DNA from: Yuukianura sp. NJ FZ-2021
Taxonomy: Eukaryota
DNA length: 64,000 nucleotides
Assembly (NCBI GenBank): GCA_046563655.1
Contig: CM102284.1
Location: forward strand, 8,060,001-8,124,000
Reading direction: 5' to 3'
Positions 1-13,931 of this stretch are shown here, in pieces (position 1 is the stretch's first letter; every line of letters begins with the position of its first letter). The translations under genes and the position numbers were made by a program. Below the pieces are notes generated by a model. It did not search any database. It was not told where the DNA came from and saw only the letters and a list, made by a program, of their open reading frames with translations.

Positions 1-611
1 CATATAAATCATTGGGGAATAAAATAGGAAAGGAAGAAATTCTCCTCTAAATTCCTCTTCTCGGTTGAACCAAAAGTGAAAAGGAAATGCGTTTTAGAGC
101 ACCATGCTAAACATTCCCAAACTTTCTACTTTTTCCCTTTTCCACACTTATTTCTTCAATCCAAAACAAGAAAAACGGGGTGACTTGACTTGCAACCTTT
201 TTTTAAGCAAGAGAAAAATGGCGGGAAAGAAGTGGTGAAAGGCATTTTCCTTGGTTACGAAAAAGTTTCATGACTATTTTGGAAGGGCACGACTTTTAAA
301 TAAAAAAGGAAGAAAAAATTTCACTTTTTAGCTGTTTTTTCGAAATGTATTGAGTTAGGTAGAAAAAAAATGTGTGGCCCGTGCTTTAAAAAATGTTAGG
401 TCATATGTTGGGATGTTGGGGTTGAAATTTTTCAATTTTTCTTTTCAACTTTCTGTTTTGCTCTCCTGAAATTTGAGTAGCGTTGAAAGTCAATTCTGCG
501 AGACGAAGGGAGTAACTACAGTGTGTTTGAAAGGAGAAATGAAAGTGGTCCATCTTGCAGAAGAGGCATGACATTCCTAGCGGATGTCTCAGACTTTATT
601 AGACTTCTGCC

Positions 612-678
612 TAACCTAATGGTTAGGGTAACCTAACGGTTAGGCTAACCTAATGGTTAGGCTAAAAGTTAGCCTAAC
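612..678. repeat. Three tandem 17-bp units, each an inverted CCTAA-N3-TTAGG pair
   Basis: taacctaatggttaggg / taacctaacggttaggc / taacctaatggttaggc, followed by a degenerate fourth unit. Confidence 0.8.
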
Positions 679-838
679 GCTTGTGAGCCTCCAATGATGA
701 ATGTCTTCTTTCGTCAAATGTGAGTGAAAGTGGCAGGGAAGCTCCAGTCATGAATTTCCGTCAGCAGTCCACTTTTTGTGAATGAATAAACCCAGCTTCC
801 CAAATGTACAGTACGGCCCGCATAAGTAACAAAAAGAA

Positions 839-1107
839 CAAGGTTTGTTGACTTTTGATTTTCTTTAACAGGTTGAGTAATATTACATGTTTTTGGATTT
901 TCCAAAAAAAGTATCTTTTGATTTAGGGGCATCGTAGTCGTAACAGCACAGCCATTTCTTTCAATTTTGCATTCGAATTCATACCAATTTTTTGGATTAG
1001 TAAGTACTATAAATTAGTACTAAATTTGTTTGTGTTTTTTTTGTTAACAAGAGAGCTAGTACCCAACCTGTAAAGAAAATTAAGTTTTCGTTGTCAAGGA
1101 ACCTTGG
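839..1107. mobile_element. MITE with CAAGG...CCTTG termini (P-element-like), copy A
   Basis: Starts caaggtttgttgac and ends caaggaaccttg(g). Flanked by aaaaagaa on both sides (8 bp, one extra base at one end). The interior is the reverse complement of copy B. Confidence 0.65.
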
Positions 1108-1785
1108 AAAAAGAACAAAGAGAAGGTGCTTTGAACAATTTTTTTCTCCGTTAGTTATTTCGGACCGCACTGTACATCCCTTTTTCTATTTGAAAATTCA
1201 GTGCACACTGCCTTATATTCCTAAAGACCTGGAAATTTTTAGAGAAGCCGTGGGATTCGAACCCACAACTACCACAGGAAGGATGGAGCGGGAAAGTGAA
1301 AGCGTGCATGACTCCTGCCGTCTCGTTACATTCCTCTGCAAAGTTGGGCGAAGCGCGAAAATTCAAAAAAGTGAGGTTTTTCCTTCCTAGAAAAAAGTAG
1401 GGTAGTAAGTTTGGACTTTGAGAATCTCACTTTTTACGTCTCGCGGGAGAAAGGAGATGATTGAATTCCAGAGCCACACAAAGGTTTTTAGATCGTCGGT
1501 TCGTTAACTTTTTCCATTTTGGAAAAAAAGAAAATTGGCATACGGTTTTTGGCGCTCTTTTCACCAAACTCGGTCGTAGTGAGTGTGAAATTTGATTTAA
1601 TTCACTCCTCCTGCCGTCCGCTACACACAAGGAATGGAATGCATATCATTTGCATCATTTCACTTTCACCCAAAATCCGCCAAAAGTGGAACTTATGTTG
1701 TTGTTATGTTGAAAGTTTGGAAGAAAAACTGAAACTCCGGCCATTCGCTTTTCAAATCGAACAAGACCACCCTTCTGTCGCTTCC

Positions 1786-2017
1786 CAAGGTTCCTTGACA
1801 ACGAAACGTTAATTTTATTTAACAGGCAGCGTACTACCTCGCTTATGGATAAAAAAGGAAAAAAAAACAGCAGAAATTGGTATCAATTTGTATGCAAAAT
1901 TTAAAAAAAAAATTGCTGTATTGTTATGACTACGATGCACTGAAATGAAAAGTTGCAAAATCGAAATAGGATGAGGTATTACCCAACCTACAGAAAATCA
2001 AAGTCAACAAACCTTGG
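1786..2017. mobile_element. MITE with CAAGG...CCTTG termini (P-element-like), copy B, inverted relative to A
   Basis: Starts caaggttccttgacaacg and ends caacaaaccttg(g). Flanks tcgcttcc / ccgcttcc. 1870-1952 is the reverse complement of 915-995 (gcatcgtagtc core). Confidence 0.65.
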
Positions 2018-5000
2018 CCGCTTCCCGCCTGTCGCTTCTCATCAAAGTGAATAAAAAAAGCTTCACTTCTGGTTAGGCTAAAGTTAGATTTGTGTTAGGT
2101 TAAAAAAAAAGTGGAGAAAGTTGGAAATGGAAAGAAAAACAGTGAAAGCAGGCTTTCACAAATTTGCATTCACAGGAAACGGAATTTGCATCACACAAGC
2201 ATTCTTTCATTCAAAATGGAATTTCAAACTGTCGACCCTGATTATGAAGCTTCAAAAACTTTTCCATTAGGTTTTCAAAAAAAGAGAGAAAAACAGAAAG
2301 ATTGTACAAAAAATCAGAGAAAAACGAAAGTAAAATGCTTTTAAAAACTCACACAAATTTGAGAAGTACTAAAGGAATTTTAGAGCCCAAAAAAATCGGA
2401 GACTCGAGATTCAAAAAACGCTGTACTTATAAAAAATTGATGTTTGAAGGATTTTTTTCAAACAATTTTTCTAAAAAGTTTGAAAAAAGCATTTGCTAGT
2501 CTCAAAAATTTAGAAGCGTTCACGTTTCACTTTTCAATTTACTTTATGACCACTAAGATTGGATCTTTATTTTTTCCTCCTCAAGTTCAAAGCCTTAAAA
2601 GTTCATTTAACATTTAGCCACCAAAAAAGTAAAAATTCAAAAAAGTAAAAGTTGGGGGAGATTTTTTGAGTCATAAATGAAAAGAGGAGTGAAAGTCTTC
2701 GGGAGGAAAAAGTGTAGGATGAGATAGAACGCTATCGTGATAGTTTCAAAAAAATTCAAAAATTTCCATATTTCCCTCCTCCTTATCATATTCATAATCC
2801 AAGAGTTACGTTCTCAAGTGTTTCATTTTTTATCTTTTCTTTTTCTCCATCGTTGCTCGAGGATCAAAAATCCACAAAATTGGTTAGTAACCAAAGGGTT
2901 TTGAACTGAAAAAACGAAAAAAAAAAGTGATAGAAAAACCGAAAAATGAGAAAGAAAACCGAAAAAATGAGAGAGAAGCGAAAAAATGGAGTCGCTAAAC
3001 CGTCTTCCGTGAAAAAAAAGACACAGAAAGTCACTTTTCTTTTTTTTTGTTATGATGATCGAAAACCTTTGTAACTACGGTCCCACCCGCCCCACCGAAA
3101 TCAGTGTTAGACAGATAATGAAGGATGACCAGGATGCGGTAGTGGTGGGGCCAGCCTAACTTTTGCTTCTGGGTTATAGTTTCTAGTTGCTTGGATTCCA
3201 TTAGAGTCAAGTCAAGAAGAAAGAGAAAGTGGCAAAAAGAAGTCTGGAACTGAAAGAAAAAGAAAAATGTCAACACGACACGACGGAACATGCTGGACCT
3301 GCAACCGCTTGTTTGAACTTTCTCCCGCTTTTTTTTGGAACGCAGAAAGTATGGCGAGAGGGATAGAAGACTCGGACGTGTTTCTTTTCACCGGAGCGGA
3401 TTAATTCATTAGCAGAGAGCGAGAAAGTTAGAAGAAAGTCATAAAGAAGATTTTTTGTAGGGCCCTTTAAGGGTCCCACCTTATCATTTCCATTCACGTA
3501 ATAAATAGTGGGGAATTCGGAAACTAAACTTCAAATAATACTTTCACCACTTCTTATACTTAACATTCCCTCTGCGTCTTCTCTTCTTCTAGTTACTCCC
3601 TCCACTTTTAGGCTACTAACCTAACCTTGGCCTAAGAAGCCTTATTAATTCCTTCTTCCAACAAAGCTCTTACTCGTCTCAGAATACATAATTATTCCTC
3701 TAAAAACTTTAGTTTTCATTTCAAAAGTTGAGTTTTCCATTTGAAAACATGTTTTAACGTTCTAAGTTTCTAAATCATACCGTAAAGCTACTAATAGAAG
3801 GCCTTAAATTTATTTTACTCCAGACCCTGCTTTTTTTTAAAAACTTTCCTTTCCATAAGAAATGAAGCTGAAGTTCAACCTGTTTCATTTTTGAAAACTT
3901 TGACAAAAAATTCAAAAACCCGGGTTATTGGACAACCTGGTGTAAGAAACCTTTTTTTTCTGTTGAAGAACCTTGATTAAAAACCCGGCTTTTATTCGAA
4001 CTTTTACGGTAACATAATGAACTTTTCAGATTTCAAATTTCTAAATTTAGTGTTTTTGGCGTTTTTTTGGTTTGTTAGCCTTGGATCAACAGCCCTTGGA
4101 CTTTTGTGCCTCACTAAATGAATTTTCCCGCCAACAATAATTGAAACAGTGAAAGTTCTCACATTACCCCAAGGGGAAAAGAGAGAATAGAGAGGGCGGA
4201 AGCTGATTATAAAAACAATGGTTGATCAACCATCAAAATCTTGTTGAACCTAACCAAGAATTGCCAGCGTTTCACTTTTTTTAGAAAGTGGGCGTGTGTG
4301 AGTTCAGTTTTAGTGCAGAGAAGGCAAGCGGCTTCGTTGGAATGAAGATGGATAGGATCTCATTTATTACCGGCGGCAAAATTGAACCGAGGAGAAGAAA
4401 GTAGTAAGTCTCGGCCCTCTTGGATTCTGGATCAAGTTGGTTGGAGATAAAAGTAAGCTGGAGAAAGTTGGGAGCGGGAGATATGAAAAGTCTAGCAGAA
4501 GCCGAGAGGGAAACAATGAGTGGCGGCGTGCAGGAGAAGCTTGTGTGTTCAAAATGGAAAATTTTGGTAACGGAGAAAGTCTAGCCTTGTTTCCACTTCT
4601 TTCGTTTCATTTGCTTTCTCCAGATCCAAAAAACTACTAAATCATGCATTCCTGACTCAAAATGAAAAGCAGCAGGGGCCTTCTTAATAAGTGAAATTAG
4701 AAAGTGTGAGGAGGGGGAAGGCTTAAGACAAAAGAAAGTCGGTTTTTCGGAGTGCTCGCTTTAGAAATTCGGTTTTTGAGCTCCGGTTCCAGAAATTCGG
4801 TTTTCGCTTCGGATTTTCCGTAGCTTGTTAGGAGATTAGAGCTTGACTTTCATTGAGGGCGACTTAAGTGTGGAACGGACTTGGACGTGATAAGATGAAT
4901 TCAGTTTCACTTTTGGCTGGAAAAGAAAAGCGGGGAATGAGAAAAGGATTTAAAAGAAACAATGGGAGAAGAAAGTGACATTTGGACGGTGGAGCGTCTT

Positions 5001-5881
5001 CTGAAGGAAGGATTAAAAGTTAAGAACGGGCAAGGGAACGAGAAAGCGCGCGCTTTTCAAATTGAGTCATTTCTCCAATTTCTTCTAACTTTAAACTTGT
5101 GTCCAACGACTTTCTCCTTTTTTTCAAAGTTCAAAACTGTTCTCTCTTGGCTACTTCTCGGCGACAAGATTCAAATAAAGATAAAACTCCCGCTTTTTCC
5201 AGTTTTCCCGCCAACCCAATATTTTTTAACGTACTTTCTCCAATTTGGACATTTGGAGTTGTCATGTCATGTCCAAAGTCATGTCAGCAAAAATTTGGCA
5301 AGGAAATAAAAACGGAAGGTTTGTGCAAAAAAAAATGAACGCTGCCAACTATCAAGTTTTCTAAAGAAAACCTAAAATTTTAAAATTTCAAAATTTTAAT
5401 GCCAAAGACTTTTGAAAAATGGAGAAATGTAAGTGGTTTACAATGAAATTTTGGAAAAAGAGAATACTTTTTCAAAAAATGGAAAAGTCAGCAGAAAATG
5501 GTTATGGGAGACGTGGGGGTTGAGCGAGGTGAAAGTGGACTTTCAGCGCTTGCCAGAAGTTACGTAAGGTTAGTTGGCAAAAGTAAGAAATAAAAAACAC
5601 AAAAGAAACGATTTCTCCTCTGTTCACTCCAAAATCCTACGCTTTTCATCATCCTAATGGCCAAAAAACGAACATTTTTCAAACTACATACCTTGGATTC
5701 CCCAACTTTGACAAAACATGCCGCCTCTTCTTTTCTTGCTTCCGGAAAAGTAAGAAAAAAAAATTCGAACAATAGAAACAATCAGCAAGTCTTCAAGTTT
5801 CAAAAAGCTTTCACTTTTGAAACTCAACTCCCCAAAAATTGTTCACAAAATAAAAAAAAAGTGCACCTTATTTTTTTGCAG

Positions 5882-6218
5882 GCTGTCAAGTTTCAGACAA
5901 TTTTGTAATTGAGTGAGCAAAATTTCGAGTTTAGCCAATCACAACAGCTTTCCCTGCTTTCTTTTTTCGAATTTTAAAACTTTCAACTTTTTTTTTTTGA
6001 AATTTTAAAAAAAAGTATCCCTTGAGAGCATGGGCGTGTTGTAGTTCTTGCTGTCAAGTTTCAGACAATTTTGTAATTGAGTGAGCAAAATTTCGAGTTT
6101 AGCCAATCAGAACACGGCTTTCCCTGCTTTCTTTTTTTTTTCCAAATTTTAAAACTTCAACTTTTTTTTTTGAAATTTCAAAAAAGTAGCCCGTGCCAGT
6201 ACATGGGCGTGTTGTAGT
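5882..6218. repeat. Tandem duplication of ~165 bp
   Basis: gctgtcaagtttcagacaattttgtaattgagtgagcaaaatttcgagtttagccaatca...catgggcgtgttgtagtt occurs at 5882 and again at 6050. Confidence 0.85.
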
Positions 6219-6410
6219 TGAGGAGTGATGGGCCCTTGGATATTTCCATTATGGCCAACCATCTGGTGCTGTTATGGCTGAATTCTGAACGGAAAGCGGG
6301 CACTGGAGACTCATTCTTGGCCTCTTGCCTTCTCCGGGATTCGAACCCGCGGCTCTCTTTTCTAGATTCAAGACTTACCAGCCGAATCCAATCATAAGTC
6401 AACTCACTAC
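6215..6410 (-). mobile_element. Possible tRNA-derived SINE remnant
   Basis: Minus strand has a B-box/T-arm cgggTTCGAATcccg preceded by a degenerate A-box (tggattcggctgg). No complete cloverleaf. Confidence 0.35.
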
Positions 6411-7184
6411 TTCCTTTTTTTCTCTGATTTTTACCAAACATGAGAAGATGGAGAAAGTTTCCAATTTTGAACGTAACCTCTGAATGGTTATACTCTCAAA
6501 GTAAAATAAAAAGTGCAGGAATGACCAATTCTCTCTCCTTTTACGACTCAACCTCAACTCTAATCTGATTATAACGTAGTCTCCTACTAAAGGTTAGAGT
6601 AAGCGAACATAACCTAAACATAACTTTAACGTAGGGGAAAGTGCAGTGAGGCAGAAGAAAGTCAGAATTGGACATCAAATCGAATTTGGCCTCTTCTATT
6701 CCATATCAAACACAAATAAAAACAACAACAACCAAATACTGCTTCTCTTTTTTCTCAAATTTACCAATTCGGTAAGCAATCTAAAGCATACTTTCTCCCC
6801 AACCTAACAATTTAGCAACAAAATTGAATTTTTGCAAAAAAGAAGATCATAGTAAAACAACTTAAATTTTCAGTTCACTCAAAAATTTAAACTTGTTTTG
6901 CTTTCTCTTTTGTTTCTTGGCGTCTCTAGCAATCAAAACTCAATTTTGAACTCCAACGCACAGGAATTTTTGCATAATAAGTTAAGAAAGTAATGTTTTG
7001 AAAAAAGTTTGGAGAAAGTTGAAAATGAACAGAAGAGGAAGAACATGATGAAAAGTCGTAAATAGTTGAAATTCCTCAGAGGAAATCCGAAGACAGGCGA
7101 AAGGGAACTCAAGAGTTCCTCACAAAGTCATTGCCCTCTGCCCTCCCTTCAATTTGCAAAGTGAAAGGAAACTTTCTGCCTCGG

Positions 7185-7577
7185 GAACCTTCTTTGTCCA
7201 GTACAACATTTTATGAGGCAGCTTCTTTCCACTGTATCATCTTGTTATGGAAGCTTTTGCCCAAAATAACTTGACTCTGGAAGGTTCCTTGTCCAGTATA
7301 ACTTTACTCTGGAACCTTTTTTTCAGTATAACTTTACCCTGGAAGCTTTTCGTCCAGTATAACTTCATCTGGAAGGTTCTATTTCAGTAGAACTTGACAC
7401 TTGAAACATTTGGTCCAGTATAACTTTAGTCTTGAAGCTTTCTGTCCAGTACAACTTTACTCTGTGAGCTTTTTGCCCAGTATCTTTAGTCTTGAACCTT
7501 TCTGTACAGTATAACTTGAGCCTGGAAGCCATTTGTGCCGTATAAGTTGACTCTGGAAGGTTCCTTGTGCAGTATAA
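7185..7577. repeat. Degenerate minisatellite, ~30-bp unit, about 13 copies
   Basis: Recurring ggaag(c/g)ttt..gtccagtataacttt..tct unit. Confidence 0.85.
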
Positions 7578-10500
7578 TCCGAGTCTAATCATATCTCATT
7601 GGCGAGTCCATTCATTTTCTCATGCTCACTCAAAGGAGGAATCGTCATTACTCAAAAAGGAAGGAAAAGTCGTATTACTCATGACATCATCCGATTAGTT
7701 TCTGTGCCTATGCTGAAACTAGGGTAGGGACCAGAATTTTGTCTGTGTGAGTAGAAATGCTGGCAGCATCCTCTTCAACACAGAGTGAAAGGACTAAAGA
7801 GTGTCAATATTTGTCATTCGACTCATGCTAATAATGCACCCACTTTCACCGGATACTCCCGCATTCCTCGTTCCACTTCCAGCATTAGTCACTCCACTCA
7901 CTGTGTTCACGCGGCAAAAAATGAAACGAATTTTCAAAAAAACTACCAAAACTGAACAAAGTGCAATCCAAAAAGTGGGACTTTTTTAAAAACTTCAATT
8001 TTTTATTCAAGTTGCAACTGTTCCTGTGATTCGTCAGAATTGAAGCAGAGGCAAAGACGCAAATCGTGACTTTTTGTAAACCAGAAGCTGTACAGCGGAT
8101 GATGAAAAATTCAGAAGGTCGTTTGTATCTGCTCTATCCGAGATTTGGTGTGTTAAGTTAAGTTAGGTGTGGTGAATTGGAATCTACTACTTGGAGAAAG
8201 ATGATACTTTATGGAGAAAGTGTAGTACGTGGTTAGGTTGAACCTAACTTACTTTAGACTAGACCTAACGTGGTTGAGACTAGAGAAAGTCCGTGTTGAG
8301 GCGGAAGATGAAGAGAAAAGAAGGATATTGGGATGGGATGAGAATGAAATGAGGAGTTTTTGCCAATTTTATGGCCAAGTGTGTGCTTGGCACTTGGACT
8401 CTTCAATAAATCAGACCACCCACACCACACTAGGACCAGTAGTTCGAGGCTACCCAACTACAACAACTCCTCCAACATTTTTAGAAGAAAACATTGAAAA
8501 TCTAGCAGCCAAGGCTGCTTCTGTAAGAACAAGAAAATAGTTTGAATCTGGCGCTTTCTAGGGAGAAAGTGGGCAGAAGAAGGCGTTAGACACAGTTTAT
8601 GTTCCTCTGGCTGCTGCGTTGTAAGTGTAACCTAATGCCCTCATAATCCTCTCCATTACATTTCCCCATATCTGTTCCCACTTTTGCCCATCTCTGCCTC
8701 AACATTTGCCCATCTCTGCCTCTTCCGCTGCCCAACTCAACATTCATAATCACAAATCAGAGATGGGCAAAAATGGAGAAAGGAGGAGAAAGTCCTTCAA
8801 CTCTCGGCTAACATTTCAATAAAAGTTTAATGGCGGGGGTGGAATACGCCAGGATTTAGAGTAATGTTCATTTCAGAACATTCGCATCTCTTGTTCACAG
8901 AGTCATCATGCCAAAATTGAAATTTTATGAAGAATTTGAAAAATTTTGAAGTTCAATGATATTTTTTTTTTCCCTAACATTATGAAAATTTAGAGTACAC
9001 TTTATTAATCTTTGACCGAAAAAAGAGAAAATACCGCAAGTGAAATCTGTCTTTTCTAGAGTTTAAAAAAATCTTTTTAAAATTCCGTTCTTGAACTGAA
9101 AAGATTTCATGGTTGAACAAAAATCTTACAAGGATGATTAGCCTTTTCAAAAAAAAAAAAAAAAAAGAAAACTTTTTAGAATGAGTTGTTTTTTGAAAAA
9201 CTAAGACTAAAACTAAAAGTAGGAAAGTCAAAGCGAATAGTAAAAAGTTGTTTAAATCCAATTCCATAGCCTAACTTTCTTTTCCTCCCAGTTTGGTTGA
9301 GTTCCAAAAACAAAAGAATGAAATCTAATCCGTCGTGGGTCCTTAGCGGCATTAGTATTAGAACTTTTTCTGGAGAAAGTACAAGTTCCGTTGGATTCTG
9401 CAGAGAAGAGAGGAGTTGAAAGGAAATAAGAGTTCGACATTTCCTGAATTATTCATGACTCGGGAGAGAAACTTAAAAAACCCGGGTTTTGGCGGATTTC
9501 GGATCTCCCGCTTCTGTCCCTAGCCTGTTTATTGGGATGGACTTTCTGGAAGGAGACAAGGACAAAACGACAGTTTACTTTTACTTTGTCTACTTTCTCA
9601 ACTGGACCTATCTGTACACTAAAGTGGACAAAAGACGGAAACGGGTGACAAGGAATTGAACTTTGTGAGGCCTTGAGGTTCCCCAAGGAACTAAAACGAC
9701 TGTGTGACACTTCAAACACCTCTCCGTTCAGTGTCCACAACAAAAACACCACAAAAGTAACCAACTCTGGTCCAAAAGTGACAGAAAGAGAAAAGAGTTT
9801 AGCCGTTTTAAAACTTTCATTTTGAAAAAAGCAGGAAAACGCAAAACTAACAAATTAAACTCCAAAAAAGAGCATCCGAAACTGTTTGACTAAAAACCGA
9901 AATTTTTGTGTTCTTTCTAATTTTTGTGAAACTTTTCTAATTTGATGAGCAACTTTCTTTTTAATTTGAAGTGAAACTAACATGTTCACACCTGACCATA
10001 ATTTTTATGAAAAAAAGTTAGTAGTAAACTCGCTAAATTTCGGCTAGGTTTGTATGTTTTCTCGGTTAGTTTAGTTGCGTCATAAACCGATTTTAGTGTA
10101 AAATTAAAAGTTAATGTTCAATTAATTAAAAGTGATGATGAAAAGTTATTACGTTGGTTCAAGAGATCTTTTCTTAAGCATTTTTCACTTCATTTTGGCT
10201 CTGGATAGAACCTTAAGCTCCACGCACACCAAAATTGAATTTTTTTAAGAATCGCGCCAAAAAGGGGTGAATTTGAATTATTAAGAGGAAAGTGAGGATG
10301 AAGTGGCTGCTTGATTATAGGCTCCTAATCCCCTTCTGCCTTCGAGCGTTCAAGCACAAACTTTCCCGCGCTTTCTCTTTTCCTCAAAACGTTAGAAACA
10401 CAGTTCAAACTTAAAAATGTACACCATGGTTCAAAAGTTCCGTCAACCAAAACGGCTCAAACTAAAGTAAGCCGGGGTGAAAGTTGTTTAAAAGTTAAAA

Positions 10501-12192
10501 GTTGCACGAGAAAAAAACTTTTAAACCGCTCTGTTGTAAAATTAAATGCGTCAGTTTGGATTTGTCAATTGGAAATTTGGATCGTCCTGTACATTTTTTT
10601 TAAATTTACTTTCACTTTGACCCGTAGGAAACTCAGTTATGGCACAGACACAAAAACTCAAAAGTTGAACTAAAAAAAATAGTGAAAGTTTTAGAGCCAA
10701 AGGCCATTAGGGTTTTAGTTTTTGCAAGAATTTGCAAAAACCTTGCTCGAGTTTTAATTACACAAAAAAATAAGCCCCGTGCTTTCTAAATCCTGTTTTC
10801 TCTTTTCGAAAACACAAATTTTGATGAAAACTAATGAGACCTTATTTTGGAGTTAGAAATTAGGGAATTAGAAAATGAATGTTAGGTTATGTACCTAACC
10901 TACTAAAAAGCAAAAGTAAAGACAAGCGTTTGGAAAGCATTAATTTAGCTTCTGCTTCTGACAGACTCAAACTCTTAAAATTCAAACTACCACACGCACG
11001 CTTTCCCCCTATTCTGTTACTTTGTGATTGAATTGATCAAAGTTACTAATCTTCTCTACGTTTTAGTCTATACTATAAAGTACTATGCAATTTCAATTCA
11101 ATTCCACTTTTGTGAATAGACTTTTGAAAGTTATGAAACACTTTCTCTAGAAATAGTCCGAGACGGAAACAAAATTTCACGTTTTGAAATAATTTTCTTT
11201 CACTGCTTTATTCTCTTTAAGTCTCAACTGCTTCATCAGCTTTCTCCTCATTTTGAAAATCTCCCGCTCTTTTTAAACAATCTTAGTTCTCCTTCCTACT
11301 AAAAAGAAGATCGATGAGAGGGAAATTCAATTAATTCTTTCATTATTTTCCACCCCAGAGTTTACACCATACCTTTCCCTTTCATCTTCTTTTCAAAATC
11401 AAAAAAGTTGTGAAAAGCAAATTCATGTTTTTTAAAAAAGCAGAAGATGAAGTTTTTTTTTGTTCTTTTTTGAAGAATCGGCGTTAGTCATCTCTTTTGT
11501 ACGTTTTTAAAACATGTCAAAGGGTATTGAATTGAAGGCGCTTTTCTGAATAGGAGGAGGAACTAATACTTAATTCATTGACACTTCATAAATAACACAA
11601 GGGAGCTGATTAGAATGAGACTAATGACACCTCCTCCTCCTCCTCCTCTTCCTCCTCCTCCATCCTCCGGAGTACTTTTGATACTTTCAAGAAACTGTGA
11701 AGTTACTATTTGGGATTTCCTTGAAGTTGAGTCGTGGAGCTTAAAAGTTTCAAAGGAGCAACTGGAGCAACTTTTGTTAATTTCGTTTGCAGTTTGACAT
11801 GCTATAATTCTATTACATAAATTACTTTCACTTTATATAAATTAAGTTCAGTTGTTAGCTCAAAACTAACTTAAATTGTAACTATAGACATAACTTAACA
11901 TAATCACATGACTCCTACATCACAACAAACTTACATGAAACATAAAATTGTGATGTAAGTTTTCGTACTTTGAAAAAATGTAATGTCAGTTGAAAATTTT
12001 CTGCATTTACTTCATTCTTTCATTTAAGTTATTTCGAAGATTCACGAGAATTGTTACTCTTTTTACGTGAAAATTTGGTGAAAGCTTGATTTCTAAAACA
12101 AAATACTGTGTCCATCTCAAGAAAATATTTTTGAGGAGAAAATTTTTAAAAAAATTCAAATCTTACTAATTTTGTAGATTGGTTTGACTTAC

Positions 12193-12475
12193 ATCGATTC
12201 TGCTCCGTTAATTTTTTGATTGGCTGACGGTTCACTTTAAATTTGATGTGTTCTAGGTTAGCATTTGGTCCTTTCTGAGTAAATTTGGCTGCTGATTGCA
12301 CATTTCTGTGTTGAAATTTGTCTGTGATGGACGTGGAGAGAGGTCAAATGGCGAGGTCAGTTAAACTTTTGAGCTGAGAGTGAGCTGGAAATGGGAGTTG
12401 TACGTGTCGAAGTCTCTTTTTCATTGAGAGCTGTAACTTTCACTCTGTTTGAGTCGAACTATGAACTGAAACTGA
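12193..12475 (-). promoter_or_regulatory. Putative TSS and non-coding first exon of a minus-strand gene extending left of the window
   Basis: Minus strand has tandem arthropod initiator-like TCAGTT motifs at 12464-12475 and a consensus GTAAGT donor at 12192. No CDS identified. Confidence 0.3.
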
Positions 12476-13931
12476 GTTGGGACTTGGGGACCAAGTTGCT
12501 GAAACTCTCTTTTTAGTTATGACTTGGACGAAGGTCTGAACATGTTGCAGAACCACTAACGTCGTTATCTGCTTTCTCCCAGAATTAGTCTCTGCTCCTC
12601 TCTTCTCCTCTGCTCGCATGCAACTGAGGCCAGAAACAGGCTCTCCTCCGAGTGAAAGTTGGAGGATTCTGTGCTCTTTCTTCCATCTTCACAAAGTCTC
12701 TTTTTCCGATTTAGCACAAAAAAGTGTCAACTTGAAATCGATCCGAGAGGAACAGCAGAGAAACGTAGTGGGTTATAGTGAAAGTGGATTCAAGTAGAAA
12801 GAGAACTTGAAACAAGGATTCCTTCATTAAATATTGTCACAACCAAAAACATAACCCAATTAGAACCCACTTTAACTTCCATGTCAAACTTGTGTTCACA
12901 ACCAACCAGTCCAAGTTCAACATTATTGTTTAAGTGCTCTCCTGATTTCAAAGTTTCCACATTTTTTGAAATTTGAAAATTTGAAATTTGCGGAGTGACA
13001 AATGGCAAAAGAAATGCGAAAGTATAAAGTTGGCACTGTGCTATTTCTAGAAAAACGAACAGGAAAAATTGAATTCTGAAAGCTGAAATTGCGAGAGAGG
13101 GACTTAAGTCTTCCGGAGACTCGAAAAAGAGACAAAAATGAAGAAAATTTTGAAAGAGGGCGCGGATTTTTAAATCTCTTTGGCAAAATTTACACTCTTG
13201 ACTAAAAAGCAATCGAACCGAAAAAGAATCGCAATCTTTTATGGTAACGGTAACAAAAAACACGCGTCAAGAAACGACAAAACTTTCTCTTTTTTTTTCT
13301 TTCAAAAAATCAAAACATATAATAACAAATGTGAAATTTTTGTACTGTTTAAAGGAATGCGTGTGCAGGTATCACTCGTACGTTACATTTGAAGTGCTCT
13401 CTCCCGCTGATTCCCACTAGACAAAAAAAAGTTTTTGAAAAAGTACTTTTTCTTTTCCGGAAAAGTCTGAAATTCATTCCAATGTAAAAATGAATATTCT
13501 TATTAAGTTTCTCTTGTGTGCTTGGAAAAGCCCTCTTCTTCTCCTCGGAGAGAGTAACGTCCGTGCACATTTAAAGTTCTATGGAGCGTATAAAGATTTT
13601 TTAGTGAAGATACAGATAGTTCTGGAGAAAAGTTTTCTCTCTTTTATCCTATCCATCTCCAGCAGAAATTAAGACAATGGAAGTTAAAGGAGAGAGCGGA
13701 TATTATTAGGCTCCCCTCGTCCCATGCCCATTCCACTCCACTTCTTCTGCACTACCACTACTACTTTCGAAATTAATACACCACCCCCTCCACCTCCTCA
13801 AGTGGGGAAGTCTAGGAAGAATCTCCTAATCACCCCCTCCCTTCAGGAGTGACCACCACCCTCATTTAGAATCTTAATCACAATTAATTAATCCCTGGTC
13901 CACCCAATTACTAAGAACTTCCTCTCAAAAT

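Noticed and set aside
1245-1275. tRNA gene (gggattcgaaccc B-box)
   Set aside because: Only a T-arm-like motif; no A-box or cloverleaf visible.
6325-6410. Functional tRNA gene
   Set aside because: Acceptor and anticodon stems do not pair; at most a SINE head.
11615-11797. Poly-proline ORF (and the poly-E/G ORFs at 16735-16993)
   Set aside because: Translations of (CCT)n microsatellites.
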